From contig NIVC01000208.1 in assembly GCA_002269645.1 (NCBI GenBank), positions 1 through 64,000 on the forward strand: a stretch of 64,000 nucleotides of DNA, in the 5' to 3' direction. Origin of the DNA: Macrostomum lignano. Its lineage: Eukaryota. Below are positions 25,900 to 38,599 of this stretch, piece by piece. Position 1 is the stretch's first letter; the number at the start of each line of letters is the position of its first letter. Both the position numbers and the translations under genes were made by a program. Below the pieces are notes generated by a model. The model had not been told where the DNA came from. It made no database searches and was given only the letters and a program-made list of their open reading frames with translations.

Positions 25900-26482
25900 T
25901 CATGGACAGGTGCCAGCGGAATAGGATGTGCCAGCTGAGCACGGCATCTGAACGTAGGCTCCATGATTGCAGCGCAGGTAGTGCACATCGCTGCTGCAGT
26001 CTCTCATGAAGTCGATGGTGCACGCCTGGCCATCTGTGAAGCAGACGGAGCTGGTGGTGGTGCTCATGTCAGCACCAGAGTTCGGAGGTGAAGTCGTGTT
26101 GACCAGTCTTCCTTCCACCACCTGAGTGGGTGCAACAATCAACGAAAAGGTTCTTAACAACAATGAAAGGCACTTATGGATTAGTTTAATATTACTGGTG
26201 TATTGAGCGCCGACTGACCTCGCTGCGGCAGTCCAGGGGTCTCCACAGCGCCTCATACTGAGCGGCAGTGGCCAGATAGCAAGTGCCGTCTCGCTTGAAC
26301 ACGGCGGTGCAGTTGGGTCGCACTGCGCACTCCACCGAGCAGGCACGAGGGTCTCGGACTCCGTTGACCTGCGACAGGTCGGTCACGTTTCCGGGGCAAC
26401 CGGAGACGACGCGGAAGCGGACGCAGACACCGGATGCGATGGACAGCAGGCTGAGCAGGCAGCAGGCAGTTTTTATAAACAT
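25900..26482 (-). CDS. Family 1 copy B: secreted PAN + short S/T linker + CBM14-like domain, about 161 aa
   Basis: Exon 1 26482-26219, 97-bp GT-AG intron, exon 2 26121-25900; DCSSDVHYLRCNHGAYVQMPCSAGTSYSAGTC. Confidence 0.85.
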
Positions 26483-27415
26483 TGCTTTTAGGGTTGGTTT
26501 TCAGAAGAAAATAATTTGTTTTGTTACTCAGGCTTTTTTTGACAGTTGAGGTTTGTTGGAGTTTCGTTTCCGTGCTAAACGAGTTATATGCTCAAAACAA
26601 GTGCTTAACAGCAAGTTCTGAGCGAATCAGCTTCTCAATGCCAATCAAAACATTGCATTGCCTTGAAACTTGAAGGCAACAGGCTCTAGCCTATCCTATT
26701 CTACACATGTAGACACACTATAACCCATTAATTCGTGAATACATGTAAGTCGAAAGCGGAGACTCAGCAACAGCGCCAGCAGAAACTTACATCTACGAAC
26801 ATCTTAGCTTGCTTGGTAACTGCATTGTGGCGGACTAAGCCCCAAATTAATGGCAGGTTTACATTGCAGATTTACATAGTATGTATAGTATAGCATACTA
26901 CACCTTAGTTTCCATTCTATTTTGTTAACTGTGCAGTCAAAGTTTAAGTATTTTCATATACATGTAATTCTTTATGGTAACACAAGGTGCAATGTGCATT
27001 CAGTTCCGACAACTGCGTGCGTTCTAAAACGGCCCTTTGCTTTCAATTCAATTCAAACTGTTTTTTTAATTAATACTCAATTCCGACAGTGGGCTACGAG
27101 TATTATATCCTAATCAAGGACAACTTGATAACTTAGATGAAACAACTGGATTAGGATCAAGGACAACTGTGGCTCAGAATGTGAGAAGTCAAATCGATTC
27201 CGAGAGTATTTATTCAATTCAGACCATAGATCAATGATTCGGACAGGCTGGTTTCTTCCTATATCCGAGCTTTAACTAATACTGTCTGTGGCCTGAATTG
27301 AAAATTTCGCCTCACTGAATTAAATACAAACTGTCGAAATCGGACTTGGACTTCTCGCGACTTATCGTCGCGTCACAAAGCAAGGGACAACTGAAAACCC
27401 CGTGAAATCCTCTGA

Positions 27416-27709
27416 TTCTGCACTGACGAGTCCCAAATCTTCCCAACACGCCGGAACCTTCTCTACACCGTCTTCCAGAACGAATTTCTTGCCATCAGCT
27501 CATGTGCCATGGAGCTGTACAGTCGAGAAGTCTGGGGAAGGAGATCACTCAGACAGTCAATCGACTTTCCCACCCTTGAGCGCACCGCCAGCTTCTCGCG
27601 TCCATGTACAGTCCTCGACTGCATCGAACAATGTTGTAGACCCGCCTGGAAAGTAAAGCAACCAGATTTCATGGCGGCTTCGTGGCGTGAGAGCTACACG
27701 CATTTACCG
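27416..27709 (+). other. Possible isolated coding exon of unknown product
   Basis: Stop-free frame of about 98 codons with many C/G-ending codons, a CTVLDCIEQCC motif and a CCG|GTGAGC donor; no partner exons identified. Confidence 0.3.
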
Positions 27710-28943
27710 GTGAGCTGCCCTGACCACAGCAGTTCCTTTCTTAGAAATATTTTTAGGCCAAAGAGAAGCTGCCTCACAATGTGGAGCTGTTTTGTAAGAA
27801 GTGGATTTCTCATTCCTCTGGCAGGAAAAAAAGACGAGCGTCTTCGGACAGACGAATGCCGTCATGATTTATTAATTATTGGGAATTGAGAAATGTTTGG
27901 GTTGTCTAAGTGCAAGGTCGGTAGCAGTGAAAGATTCAAAAATCAGTTAAATAACAGCTGAGATCGACAGCTTAGTTCGACATAACTTCAGAAATAAATA
28001 CAAAAGTCTCAAAAGAAAAATTTGACTTGCGAATTTAAAGGTAAAGACGAGTTTTTCTTCGCAAAATTCTGGATACGATGGGAATTCTAGAGTTAAGAGA
28101 GTCAGAAATTACGGGAAAACAGTTGAGAGCAAAAATTGAAACGCATCGAGACACATTTTCTTCAATGCAGCTCAGGCGGGAATTACCAGCTCATGTGAGT
28201 CTGATGCATCTCAAATTTTTCGTATTCTCATGAATTCTTTTCGCTGTATCGTTCCGTCTTTGGATTCGGTGACAGGCTTGTCATCTTTCCCAGTATTTTT
28301 TTAGGATAGGAAAACTTATGCGATTCCCTTGGGATCACGCTCACGCCTATTGTTTGAGCCCGCCTTTTGCTAATTCCTTTCCTGTATTCAAGCCCGCCCT
28401 TATAAAGAACTAGTTCTGCCTATCACAATTCTAATCCATTGGCAGTTGCAAGCAGCCTTTCTAACTTTCCCATAAATGTACTTCATACCAATAGCTATTC
28501 GTCACAACCTAAACTTCAACAATGCATGGCATTGTCTATGCTGCATTCAAGTTTGCTGCTCTTGTTAGGAGTTATTCATATAATAGAAAACTTACAGCCC
28601 CCATAAAAAAGTACACGTACATATTACTAAGCTCCACGATTGCCACAAAGTCAAAGTAAAAGAATTAAACTTTAATTAGGTGTTAGCTTAAGCAGTGGCA
28701 GTGGTTGAGGCTGTAAAAACATGGTCTCAAGGCTGTCAGTTGTAAGAGAGGCCAATCTCGTTTTGTCTAAAGCTTAAAAAAGCTACAAATCATATATACT
28801 AAAACTGGTTTGTCCATATCTATAAAATTTTCCTCTAAATGTAGACAAATGTCTTAATTGAATCTTAACTGGCGCCACTTGGCAAACCGACCGCAGAATG
28901 GCTGTTTCTCCATATCGATTCCAACAAATTAAGCCGCGGGTTA

Positions 28944-29688
28944 TCATCCAGTGCACGTTCCAGCCGACCAACTTGTTCCATCAGCGCATTGCCTGCGAAC
29001 GTATTTTCCGTTTGTGCACTGAAGAAAATGCAGGTCACTGTCACAGGCTTGCATGTACATGAAATCAGTGCTGCAGGACTGTTCAGCTAGGGCGCAAATG
29101 GGGCCGATGGTGCTGCTTGGAGCAGTGGCACTGGCAGTTGGAGCAGTGACACTGGCAGTTGGAGCAGTGGCACTGGCAGTTGGAGCTGTGGCACTGGCAG
29201 TTGGAGCAGTGGCACTGGCAGTTGGAGCAGTGGCACTGGTAGTTGGAGCAGTGGCACTGGTAGTTGGAGCAGTGGCACTGGTAGTTGGAGCAGTGGCACT
29301 GGTAGTTGGAGCAGTGGCACTGGCAGTTGGAGCAGTGGCACTGGTAGTTGGAACAGTGAAACTGTTGGAGGCTGCAACAGACTCAATACTGTCGGTTGTA
29401 TCAGTGGCCACCTCTCATCTACAACCTAAAAGAAGCGATTGCATACGTAAATTTCTGTTGCGGTGCCTAGTTAATACAATTCATAGTAAGAAATATATAA
29501 ACAAGAAGGAAAGAAATGACAGAGAGCCGACTGACCTCGCTGACGCAGTCCAGGGGTCTCCACAGCGCCTCATACTGAGCGGCAGTGGCCAGATAGCAAG
29601 TGCGGTCTCGCTTGAACACGGCGGTGCAGTTGGGTCGCACTGCGCACTCCACAGAGCAGGTGCGATGGTCTCGAACCCCGTTGAAATT
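28944..29688 (-). pseudogene. Family 1 copy C: 5'-truncated exon 1; exon 2 frameshifted near its start, with an expanded 21-bp stalk and intact Cys6 domain
   Basis: Homology starts at NGVRD (about 29688) with no ATG or signal peptide. Exon 2 29425-28944 is 482 nt and lacks AGAT relative to copy F. Confidence 0.75.
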
Positions 29689-30372
29689 CAATAGGCCAAA
29701 AGCAGGCACTGAAAGACAGCTGAGCACACAGATTTATTCCGCTCGTCCAAAAAAACCTCCAGCAATCCTCTGGTAGGGAAAAAAGACGAGCGGCTTGCAT
29801 GGGACATCCGAGTGCTTTCAGTATTTATTAGTTCGTATTTGCCGGAATTGAAAACCTTTTGAGTTGTCTGAGTGCAAAGTCAGTAGCAGTTAAAGATTCA
29901 AGAATCAGTTAAAAACAGTTCAGTTTGACCTGATTTCAGGAATAAAACAGCAAAATGGTTTCTAAGCATGAAAGCGAAGCAGATTAGAAATCTAACAAAT
30001 CTTGAGTGAAAGTCACAACGATTCGCCTTGAAATCGCTTGGGTTTCAAGCTATGCACTTTAAAATGCGCATGCACTACTAGTGATGAGAAGTTGGTGAGT
30101 AGTTAAATTTACATGTAACTCGACTCTGAAGTCCAGCACTAGTCACTATGTTCTCATCCCAAGCAGTAGTATTGTGCGAATATGTTTGAATTCAAAGTTC
30201 TGCGAATTAAGGTATTGAAACTGATTAATTGGTTCAACAGCATAATGTATAAATTGATTACATATAGAAGAGCGTTCTAATCAGATTAAGGGTTGTGAAT
30301 ATCCTAAACAGTGACCGTCAGAGTTAAAATATTACTGGCCAATCCCCACTTCAACAAGCGGTTGCAGTGCCA

Positions 30373-31866
30373 TCAGGTGCCCGAGTCGCAGGCGGCCGAC
30401 TCCAGAAGCACGGACACGAAGCCCTGGTCGCCGGTCCAGCTGCCGCCGAACACGCAGCCGCCCCTGCAGAAGGAGCCGCCGCCACCGCCGATGTGGCCGT
30501 AGCCCAGTCCGGCTCCGCCACCGCTGAAGCCACCGCCGGCTCCAGCGGCGCCTCTCACTGAGCTGGTCCTGCTGCCGCCTCCGCCGCCTCCGCCAAAGCC
30601 TCCGTTGCAGACGCTGCCGTTTCCGGCGCTGCCGCCGACCCAGCCGTCGGCCAGACTGCCGCCTCTCTCTCCGTCCGAGGAGCTCCGCCTGGGGCTGACG
30701 GCCCTGCCGAGCCAGCCGGCGCCGCAGCCGCCGTGGTTGCTATCGCTTGGGGTGCTAGCGGGGCTGTTGGAGCCCGGCTGACCGTTGGTGCCGCCGAATC
30801 CCGCGAAGGGGGCGTAGCCACCCAGGCTGTCGGAACCGTTTATCCCAGTCTCTCCTGGTTTTCCTACGGTGAAATCAGTCAAACTGCTTATCCGAGTGGT
30901 TTTTGCTTATCATATTTTACAATTTCTAGCAACTGAAGCCACTGAGCTCACCATTTGTAAAGCTGGAAGCTCCGCCGCCTCCACCGGCAGCCAGCAGCAG
31001 CAGCCGGTCGACCGTCCGGTACACGAAGCTGCCGCCGCCTCCGCCGCCTCCTTCGATATCCAACGACGTCGAGCCGCCCATCTGACCCACAACGATGCTC
31101 AGCTGGGTGCCGGCTGTCAGGTTGACTCTGGTGCTCACCTGGGCTCCCTGGCCTCCGGCTTTGTTCGTCAGTAAGTTTCCTCCACCTCTGGCGCCGGCAG
31201 CTTTGATCAGGTAGCAGCCGGTCGTGTTGATGAGGACGCTTTGGATTGAGCCGTTTCTACCTGTGCTGCTGTCTGCAACGGAGCACCGTCAGCGAGTTAC
31301 AAAACTGGAGTGAGTGCAATTTGTGGGCCAAAATCATGTCCACAACCCACAACTAAGACTAGGCATTGATGACTCACTCAGAAGCTGCTTTGCAGGCGAA
31401 GGCCAGTCGCTGTCGTCCGCTTTCCACACCTTCGCACCGACCTGAGATCCGATGACTTGCTGCAACTGATCTGCTGAGATTGACAGCTTGGCGGTTGTTA
31501 TGGCAACGACAATCTCGCACGTGGCATTGCTCTCCACAGAGACGGCAGCGCTGCAGTTCACCCTCTGGCACTTTGCTAGACAGTCGATTACATTAATAGC
31601 CTTGGTTGTAGTCGTGACGTTGTTGTAAGAGTTCAGAACGGCTTTAAGCATGTGAAGCTGCTGCTCTGAGCACACAGAATAGGTCCGCACACTGGTGGCG
31701 CCTTGTACTCGAAGCACGGGAGAGCAGAAAACTGCGTTGGGGCAGTGCGCAGTGCGTAATAAATATCATGCATTGAATAACTGTGAGCAGCGGTACGTAT
31801 TTAAGTCAGGATTAAAGTCACTTACTAATTATGAAACGTAATTGCAAAGACAAAAATATCTGTCAT
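30373..31866 (-). CDS. Family 2 copy 1: secreted PAN + ALK/LTK-type glycine-rich-domain protein, about 401 aa if a 1-bp excess in exon 1 is an error
   Basis: Exons 31866-31826, 31731-31378, 31272-30952, 30863-30373. Removing one base of the A5 run at 31852-31856 gives MTDILSLQLRFIIIFCSPVLRVQG. GRD motifs TGRNGSIQ..TGCYLIKAAGARGG, LLLAAGGGGGA, GGCGAGW, GGFGGGGGG, GGGGGSF. Confidence 0.7.
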
Positions 31867-33074
31867 GCTAGCAGCGTTAGCTTAATTGTCAGCATCGAAT
31901 CTCCTGCGATGTTTATTGTACAAACAACTTGAGAGACAGCTACTTTACCTGTCCTCAAATCATTTGTATGCTTGCTCGAAGGCGGGAAGCAGTGTGTGCT
32001 TGTTGCTAGCTACTGTTTTTATGGGCTGCTCCTTATGAAATGACGCTTGCTAGAGATTAGAGATTCGTAGTTTATTTAGAGTTGATTGAATAGAAACAAG
32101 CAATTCGCAAGCGTTACGCCTCTGGTCCTAAGCTTCATTCTATCAGTTAGAAGACATCAAGATGACGCGGTTGCAGTCGGGGTAACTTACCGAAAAGAAG
32201 TTTCAACAGAAAAACTTGATTCACCATTGCAAGGGGTTCCAGCTTCCTAAGTACGGATGAAGTGGTTTGCTTCAGTTTTGGAGCTAGCTCGAATCGGGTT
32301 ATCTTGTCTTCTCAGTTTCAAGCTAATCCGCAACATTTTTATACAGCTCAACTTATATGCTTTGGGAATGTAGAAAGCACTGCTCAGGGCACCTCACAGC
32401 AGCTCACAGCACCAACCCCTTCAATAGTGTGTACTTGAGTACTTGGAAACTGTGGAATGATGACTTTGACAATATAAGGTTATGTGGGTGAGTGATGACT
32501 GACTTACAGAAGCCGTGGCAGGAATGCAAAATTGTGAATTGCCAGCTGTTATCGGTCCTATCCACTCGAAGATTCTGACTGCTGATGACCATGTGCTCAG
32601 AGTTGACTGTTTCCCACCTGCAGTTTCCCAAACACTCGTGATGTCGCTCCAATCTTGCCGGTTTCAGACAAGCGCCTGCAGGAAAGCAGCGAGCGGCTCC
32701 CACGATGCGAGCGCCTCAATTCCTGCTTAGCCCAAGAATCCCAGTCCCAATTCTGTTGCTTGTGAAAACTCCATCAGGGACTGAACCTCGGTTAGAGCCA
32801 ACTGGGGAACTTTATGCAATTGAGTACTTTATAATACAAACAGTTAGTAAATGCTTGGCTAGAACAGGCTTGTTTTGTCAAACCTCAGAGCATTTATATA
32901 CCATTTCAACTGCACTGAGTCCTATCTCGGATTTCAGCCAGGGCACGATGCACAATACATTTTTCATTCTTCATAAATAGTGACAAATGTTTGCAATTGC
33001 ATCAACTTTCTTCCACAATCTCTGTCTCTCCTTCTTCTTCTCAGACTTCATCGGTGACTACCAGATTCTTACAT

Positions 33075-33540
33075 CTCCAGAACCTCCCTGCATCTCCGGC
33101 ATCTCCCTGCATCTCTGGCACCTCCCTGCATCTCAGGCACCTCCCTGCATCTCAGGAACCTCCCTGCATCTCAGGAACCTCCCTGCATCTCCGGAACCTC
33201 CCTGCATCTCCGGAACCTCCCTGCATCTCAGGAACCTCCCTGCATCTCCGGAACCTCCCTGCATCTCTGGCACCTCCCTGCATCTCCGGCACCTCCTGGC
33301 ATCTCTGGCACCTCCCTGCATCTCCGGCACCTCCCTGCATCTCTGGCACCTCCCTGCATCTCTACCACCTCCCTGCTTCTCCGGAAACTCCCGGCATCTC
33401 TGGCACATCCCTGCATCTCCGGAACCTCCCTGCATCTCTGGCACCTCCCTGCATCTCTGGCATCTCCCTGCATATCTGAAACCTCTCTGCATCTCTACCG
33501 CCTCCCTTCATCTCTGCCACCTCTCTGCATCTCTGCAACC
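33075..33540. repeat. 19-bp minisatellite (CACCTCCCTGCATCTCNGG)
   Basis: Direct reading; paralogous to 40193-41410 (shared flanks). Confidence 0.9.
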
Positions 33541-33731
33541 TTGCAGCATCTACCAGAAGCTTATACTAAACCCTGAGTAATTTCTTTTACCTGTCATGAC
33601 GGTTGCTGCAGGAAAGCTAACCCAAGCAGTTTGCTTTGAGCATTTTAATCGGGTGCATTGCATAAACAAGAATCGCCTGATACGAGGAGATTCTGTCTAT
33701 GGCTTATCTCCTAGTATCAGGCGATTCTTTG

Positions 33732-33928
33732 TATGTAATCCACGGCTGGCATGTGCGACCCGCATAACTCCTTATCTCCGCCGGAGATAATGAGTTATCT
33801 CCGCTAGCCATGTATGGCACGAAGCAAAGCGTTGCTTTGTCTATGGTAGCGGAGTTACGCTACTGATTATCTCCGCGAATTCAACACTGGGGGAATAGAC
33901 GAGGCGCACAAGCAAAGTGGATTACATA
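33732..33928. mobile_element. Putative about 195-bp TA-flanked MITE with internal palindromes
   Basis: TATGTAATCCAC (33732-33743) / GTGGATTACATA (33917-33928); absent from the paralogous block near 41580. Confidence 0.5.
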
Positions 33929-34659
33929 AGCAATCTCTGTCGGCTCAAACATTATCCCTAAGTAATTAAAAAGCGCATCAACGCACTGAGCTACAGCAGT
34001 TGAAACTAAGCGTATGCACCACGAATTTCCGAGCCAGAAGGTACAGCATGGCAACTCCAGGATTCGTCTCCATAGGGAAATTGCTGCTACCGTTTACAAG
34101 TTTTGTGACCTTCTGAACAAGTTTGAAGCCTTGCAACTCATTCACCGAAAGCAGACACTGAAAGACAGCTGAGCACAAAAATCTGTTCCGCTCGTCTAAA
34201 AAAACCTCCAGAAATTCTCTGGCAGGAAAAAAAGACGAGCGGCTTTGGACAGACGATTGCGTTGAGTATTTATTAATTACCCAGAACTAAGAACTACTTG
34301 AGTTGTCCGAGTGCAAAATCAATAGCAATGAAGGATTCCAGAATCAGTTAAATAGCAGTTTAATTCAACAAAGGAACAGCAAAAAGTGTATTGAAGAAAA
34401 ATTTCGATTAAGTATGAAGAAGTAGTTTGAGAACACAACAGTTAATTCCCGGGGTTTCAAGCTACAGACTTTAAAGTGCGCACGCACTACATCGTGATGA
34501 GAAGTTAGTGAGTAGTTAGATTTAGAGTTATGAAGTCCAGCACTACTCACATTGTTCTCATTCAAAGCAGTATAGTGCGAATATTTTGAAATTCATAATT
34601 TCGCAAAATTAGATTGAAGCGAGAAAATCAGAATCATTTCGCTTACGACCGACCTATTT

Positions 34660-34897
34660 TACCGACTTCAAATGAATTTCTACCGACTTCAAATGAATTT
34701 TTACCGACTTCAAGTGAATTTCTACCGACTTCAAATGAATTTCTACCGACTTCAAATGAATTTCTACCGACTTCAAATGAATTTCTACCGACTTCAAATG
34801 AATTTCTACCGACTTCAAATGAATTTCTACCGACTTCAAATGAATTTCTACCGACTTCAAATGAATTTCTACCGACTTCAAATGAATTTCTACCGAC
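34660..34897. repeat. Homogeneous 21-bp minisatellite AATTTCTACCGACTTCAAATG, about 11 copies
   Basis: Direct reading; the paralogous site at about 42200 has a single TTTTACCGACT. Confidence 0.95.
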
Positions 34898-35061
34898 TAA
34901 AAGTCCTCTTACCTGTTGTTTCCCTGCTATTTCTTTCATAGAACTGAGCTTTTTGTCCCAGAAAACAAACGTCAATGTTCACAAGACTAAGCAGCTATTA
35001 ATCAGTGACCGTCCAGGTTAAAACACTAGTGGCCAAGCTTAATCCGGTGGTTGCAGTGCCA

Positions 35062-36567
35062 TCAGGTGTCTGAGTCGCAGGCGGCTGAGGCTGACTCCAG
35101 CAAGACGGACACGAAGCCCTGGTCGCCGGTCCAGGTGCCGCCGAACACGCAGCCGCCCCTGCAGAAGGAGCCGCCGCCACCGCCGATATGGCCGAAGCTC
35201 AGTCCGGCTCCGCCACCGCTGAAGCCTCCGCCAGCTCCAGAGGTGCCTCTCAGTGAGCTGGTCCTGCTGCCGCCTCCGCCGCCTCCGCCGCCTCCGCCGA
35301 AGCCTCCATCGCCGACGCTGCCGTTTCCGGCGCTGCCGCCGACCCAGCCGTCGGCCAGACTGCCGCCTCTCTCTCCGTCCGAGGAGCTCCGTCTGGGGCT
35401 GACGGCCCTGCCGAGCCAGCCGGCGCCACAGCCGCCGTGGTTGTTATCGCTTGGGGTGCTAGCGGGGTTGTTGTAGCCCGGCTGACCGTTGGTGCCGCCG
35501 AATCCCGTATTTTGAATTGAGTTCCCACGGCTGTCGGAACCGCTTATCCCAGTCTCTCCCGGTTTTCCTGCGGGGAAATCAATCAAGCTGCTGATCCAAA
35601 TGGTCGTGCATTCTCATAATTTACAATATAAGCAACTGCAGCCGCTCAGCTCACCATTTCTATTCCAGGAAGCTCCACCGCCTCCACCGGCAGCCAGCAG
35701 CAGCAGCCGGTCGACCGTCCGGTACACGAAGCTGCCGCCGCCTCCGCCGCGTCCTTCAAATTCCAAGGAGGTCGAGCCGCCCATCTGGCCCACAACGATG
35801 CTCAGCTGGGTGCCGGCTGTCAGGTTGACTCTGGCGCTCACCTGGGCTCCCTGGCCTCCGGATGTGTTGTTCAGTAAGTTGTCGCCACCTCTGGCACCGG
35901 CAGCTTTGATCAGGTAGCAGCCGGTCGTGTTGATGAGGACGCTTTGGATTGAGCCGTTTCTACCTGTGCTGCTGTCTGCAATGGAGCGGCGTCAGCGAGT
36001 TACAAAACTGGAGTGAGTGCAATTTCGGTCTTTGCTAGCCAATCCACAACAATGTATTGATGACTCACTCCGAAGCTGCACTGCAGGCGAAGGCCTGTCG
36101 CTATCGTCCGCCTTCCACACCTTCGCACCGACCTGAGATCCGATGACTCGCTGCACCTGATTTGCTGAGATTGACCGCTTGGCGGTTGTTATGGTGACCA
36201 TCTCGCACATGGCATTGCTCTCCACAGAGACGGCAGCGCTGCAGCTAACCCTCTGACACTTTGCTAGACAGTCGATTGCAGTAGTGGCCTTAGTTGTTGT
36301 CGTGACGTTGTTGTAGGCGTTCAGAACGGCTTTGAGCATGTGAAGCTGCTGCTCTGAGCACACAGAATAGGTCCGCACACTGGTGGCGCCTTGTACTCGA
36401 AGCACGGGAGAGCAGAAAACTGCGTTGGGGCAGTGAAGTCAGTATAGAACAGAGTGCAGTAAAAAGCTTTAATTTAGACGGTCTTAAATACGAGCAATTT
36501 GGGAGCTGCATTTTAGTCACTTACCGAATAGAAAAGCAAGTTTTAATGACAAGCATTGCTCAGCCAT
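35062..36567 (-). CDS. Family 2 copy 2: secreted PAN + ALK/LTK-type glycine-rich-domain protein, about 406 aa
   Basis: Exons 36567-36525, 36419-36069, 35975-35655, 35567-35062 (1221 nt, all phase 1, GT-AG). Signal MAEQCLSLKLAFLFVFCSPVLRVQG; PAN-like DCLAKCQRVSCSAAVSVESNAMC; GRD to the stop; no TM segment. Confidence 0.85.
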
Positions 36568-37119
36568 GGCACTGCAGAGCTAGTAAGATTTCAATTTCTT
36601 GTGTTTCTAATTGTAGGACGATACACTTTAGAAGTTCTTCAGCAGTGATTTGGCAACCGGGTTGCGACCGGGTTTTTTATGAGCTGCTGTCGGATGGCAA
36701 TTCCGTTGGGACAGGGGAGAAAGCCTGTGAAAGGCGGGATCGCAGCCAATCGTAGATAGCAAGTCTTCTTGGCTCTCATGCGCTTCATTTTAGTCGATAG
36801 TCTGGGGGCGGGCTTCTCTGCTTGAGTTCCTTTGTTTCGGAGCTTTCTCCTGAGATCAAAGACACTGCTGCCTCTATTTACTCAGAGTTTATATTTAAAA
36901 GATTTTTACTTCATCTTTGACAAAAATGCTTTAAAACTTCAAACAGTGTTCATACATCCATTTAGTTTATTATCATAGCTTTCTTAGTCTCCGTTCTGGG
37001 ATTTAGCATTCAAAGAAATAGGAAATGTGTTTGGTAAAACAAGTTTTACCTGCTAAAAGCTTCGCATCGTTAAGTCACTCACTAGCATCTCAGCATCTCC
37101 CGAGTGAGCATTGGTATGA

Positions 37120-37216
37120 CGCTTCTTTGACGCTTGACGTGACGCTTCTTTTACGTTTGACGTGACGCTTCTTTTACGCTTGACGTGACGCTTCTTTTAT
37201 GTTTGACGTGACGCTT
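37120..37216. repeat. 23-bp TGACGTGACGCTTCTTTTAYGTT array, about 4 units, upstream of family 2 copy 2
   Basis: Direct reading. Confidence 0.9.
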
Positions 37217-37436
37217 TTCATTTCGTATAATTTTTTAATGCAAAACGTAAATTTTTTGTCAATTTGAATTGAATGTCAATGTCAATTTGAATTCGGGCAT
37301 TATGAGTATAGATTTAATATGGACCTAAGCATACTTATGGCTTCCAATAATCTGGGCTTATTATTGCACAATTTTGTAACAGAGACTAATTTCACCATTG
37401 ATACATAGTTGTTTTCGGTTAAAATAGCCGGTAAAA

Positions 37437-37585
<149 letters not shown>

Positions 37586-38353
37586 AGAGAGATTGATAAA
37601 GCTGCTGCTAAACGGAGATTTAAGTTTCGGAACCGGATCTGAATTTCGGTCAAATAATGAACCCTAACCTGGGTTTTCCGTCAAATAACTGACAGAAAAA
37701 ATTGCACCATTTTCTCCCTACATTTGCGGATAAAACTGCGTGGTCAACTGCAGTGTGCAGATCAGGTTCTACAAAGTAGATTTAGAGTGTGGGAATTGAC
37801 AAACGCCATGCAGGCTGCAGCTGGAGTATACAAAAACTAATGCTGGATATTCTCTTCTCGATGAGTAAAATGACTTGCTTAAATTGGAGAAAGCCCTGAA
37901 AGCATATAATTCAGTTTACCTGCAATTAAATAGCCGAGTCAAGTGCAAATTAAACGATGACGGACTGGCATCCTAATTGTTCGTTATACCCAGAAGCCCA
38001 GATTCTTCAACTTGAAGTGACTATATGATGCACCTGACTTGGTCTTTTAGTAACTCTGAGTTGGCTGGTCGCCACTTGAATTGAATGTGTCGAACCTGAA
38101 GTGAGTTATTTATGCACTTAAGTTGGCTTTTTTGCTACTTTTTCTAACTAGTCCGTTCGATGATTGAAGAATAAAAATCGAATTCCACAAAAGCACGTAC
38201 ATGTAAAGTACTTTTTGTAGGTACGGAAGACCCGCCTCTCCTGCATTACCTAGAAATGTGCCACTGTTAATATGAGCAGATAACCTACCAATATTAATTA
38301 AACTGACAAACTTAATATCAAAGATTTTCTCGTGAAAACATCACGGAGAACAT

Positions 38354-38428
38354 GCTGACGCAGTCCAGGGGTCTCCACAGCGCCAAATACTGAGCGGCAG
38401 TGGCCAGATAGTAGGTGCCGTCTGGCTT
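38354..38428 (-). pseudogene. Family 1 fragment D1 (3' end of the PAN exon)
   Basis: KPDGTYYLATAAQYLALWRPLDCVS; shares the KPDG variant with copy G. Confidence 0.75.
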
Positions 38429-38599
38429 TAGAGCAAATCAGGCATTATGATTCAGTAAATTTGTTTTTGCGATCTCATTTCCCAACGAAGGAAACAGGGA
38501 AACAAGACGTTTCGAGAATGTTTAGTTATACGCAAACTCGTGCCGCAAAAACCATAATAAAATGTTCATTTTAGCCCATTGTAGCTGTCTGCACAGTGC

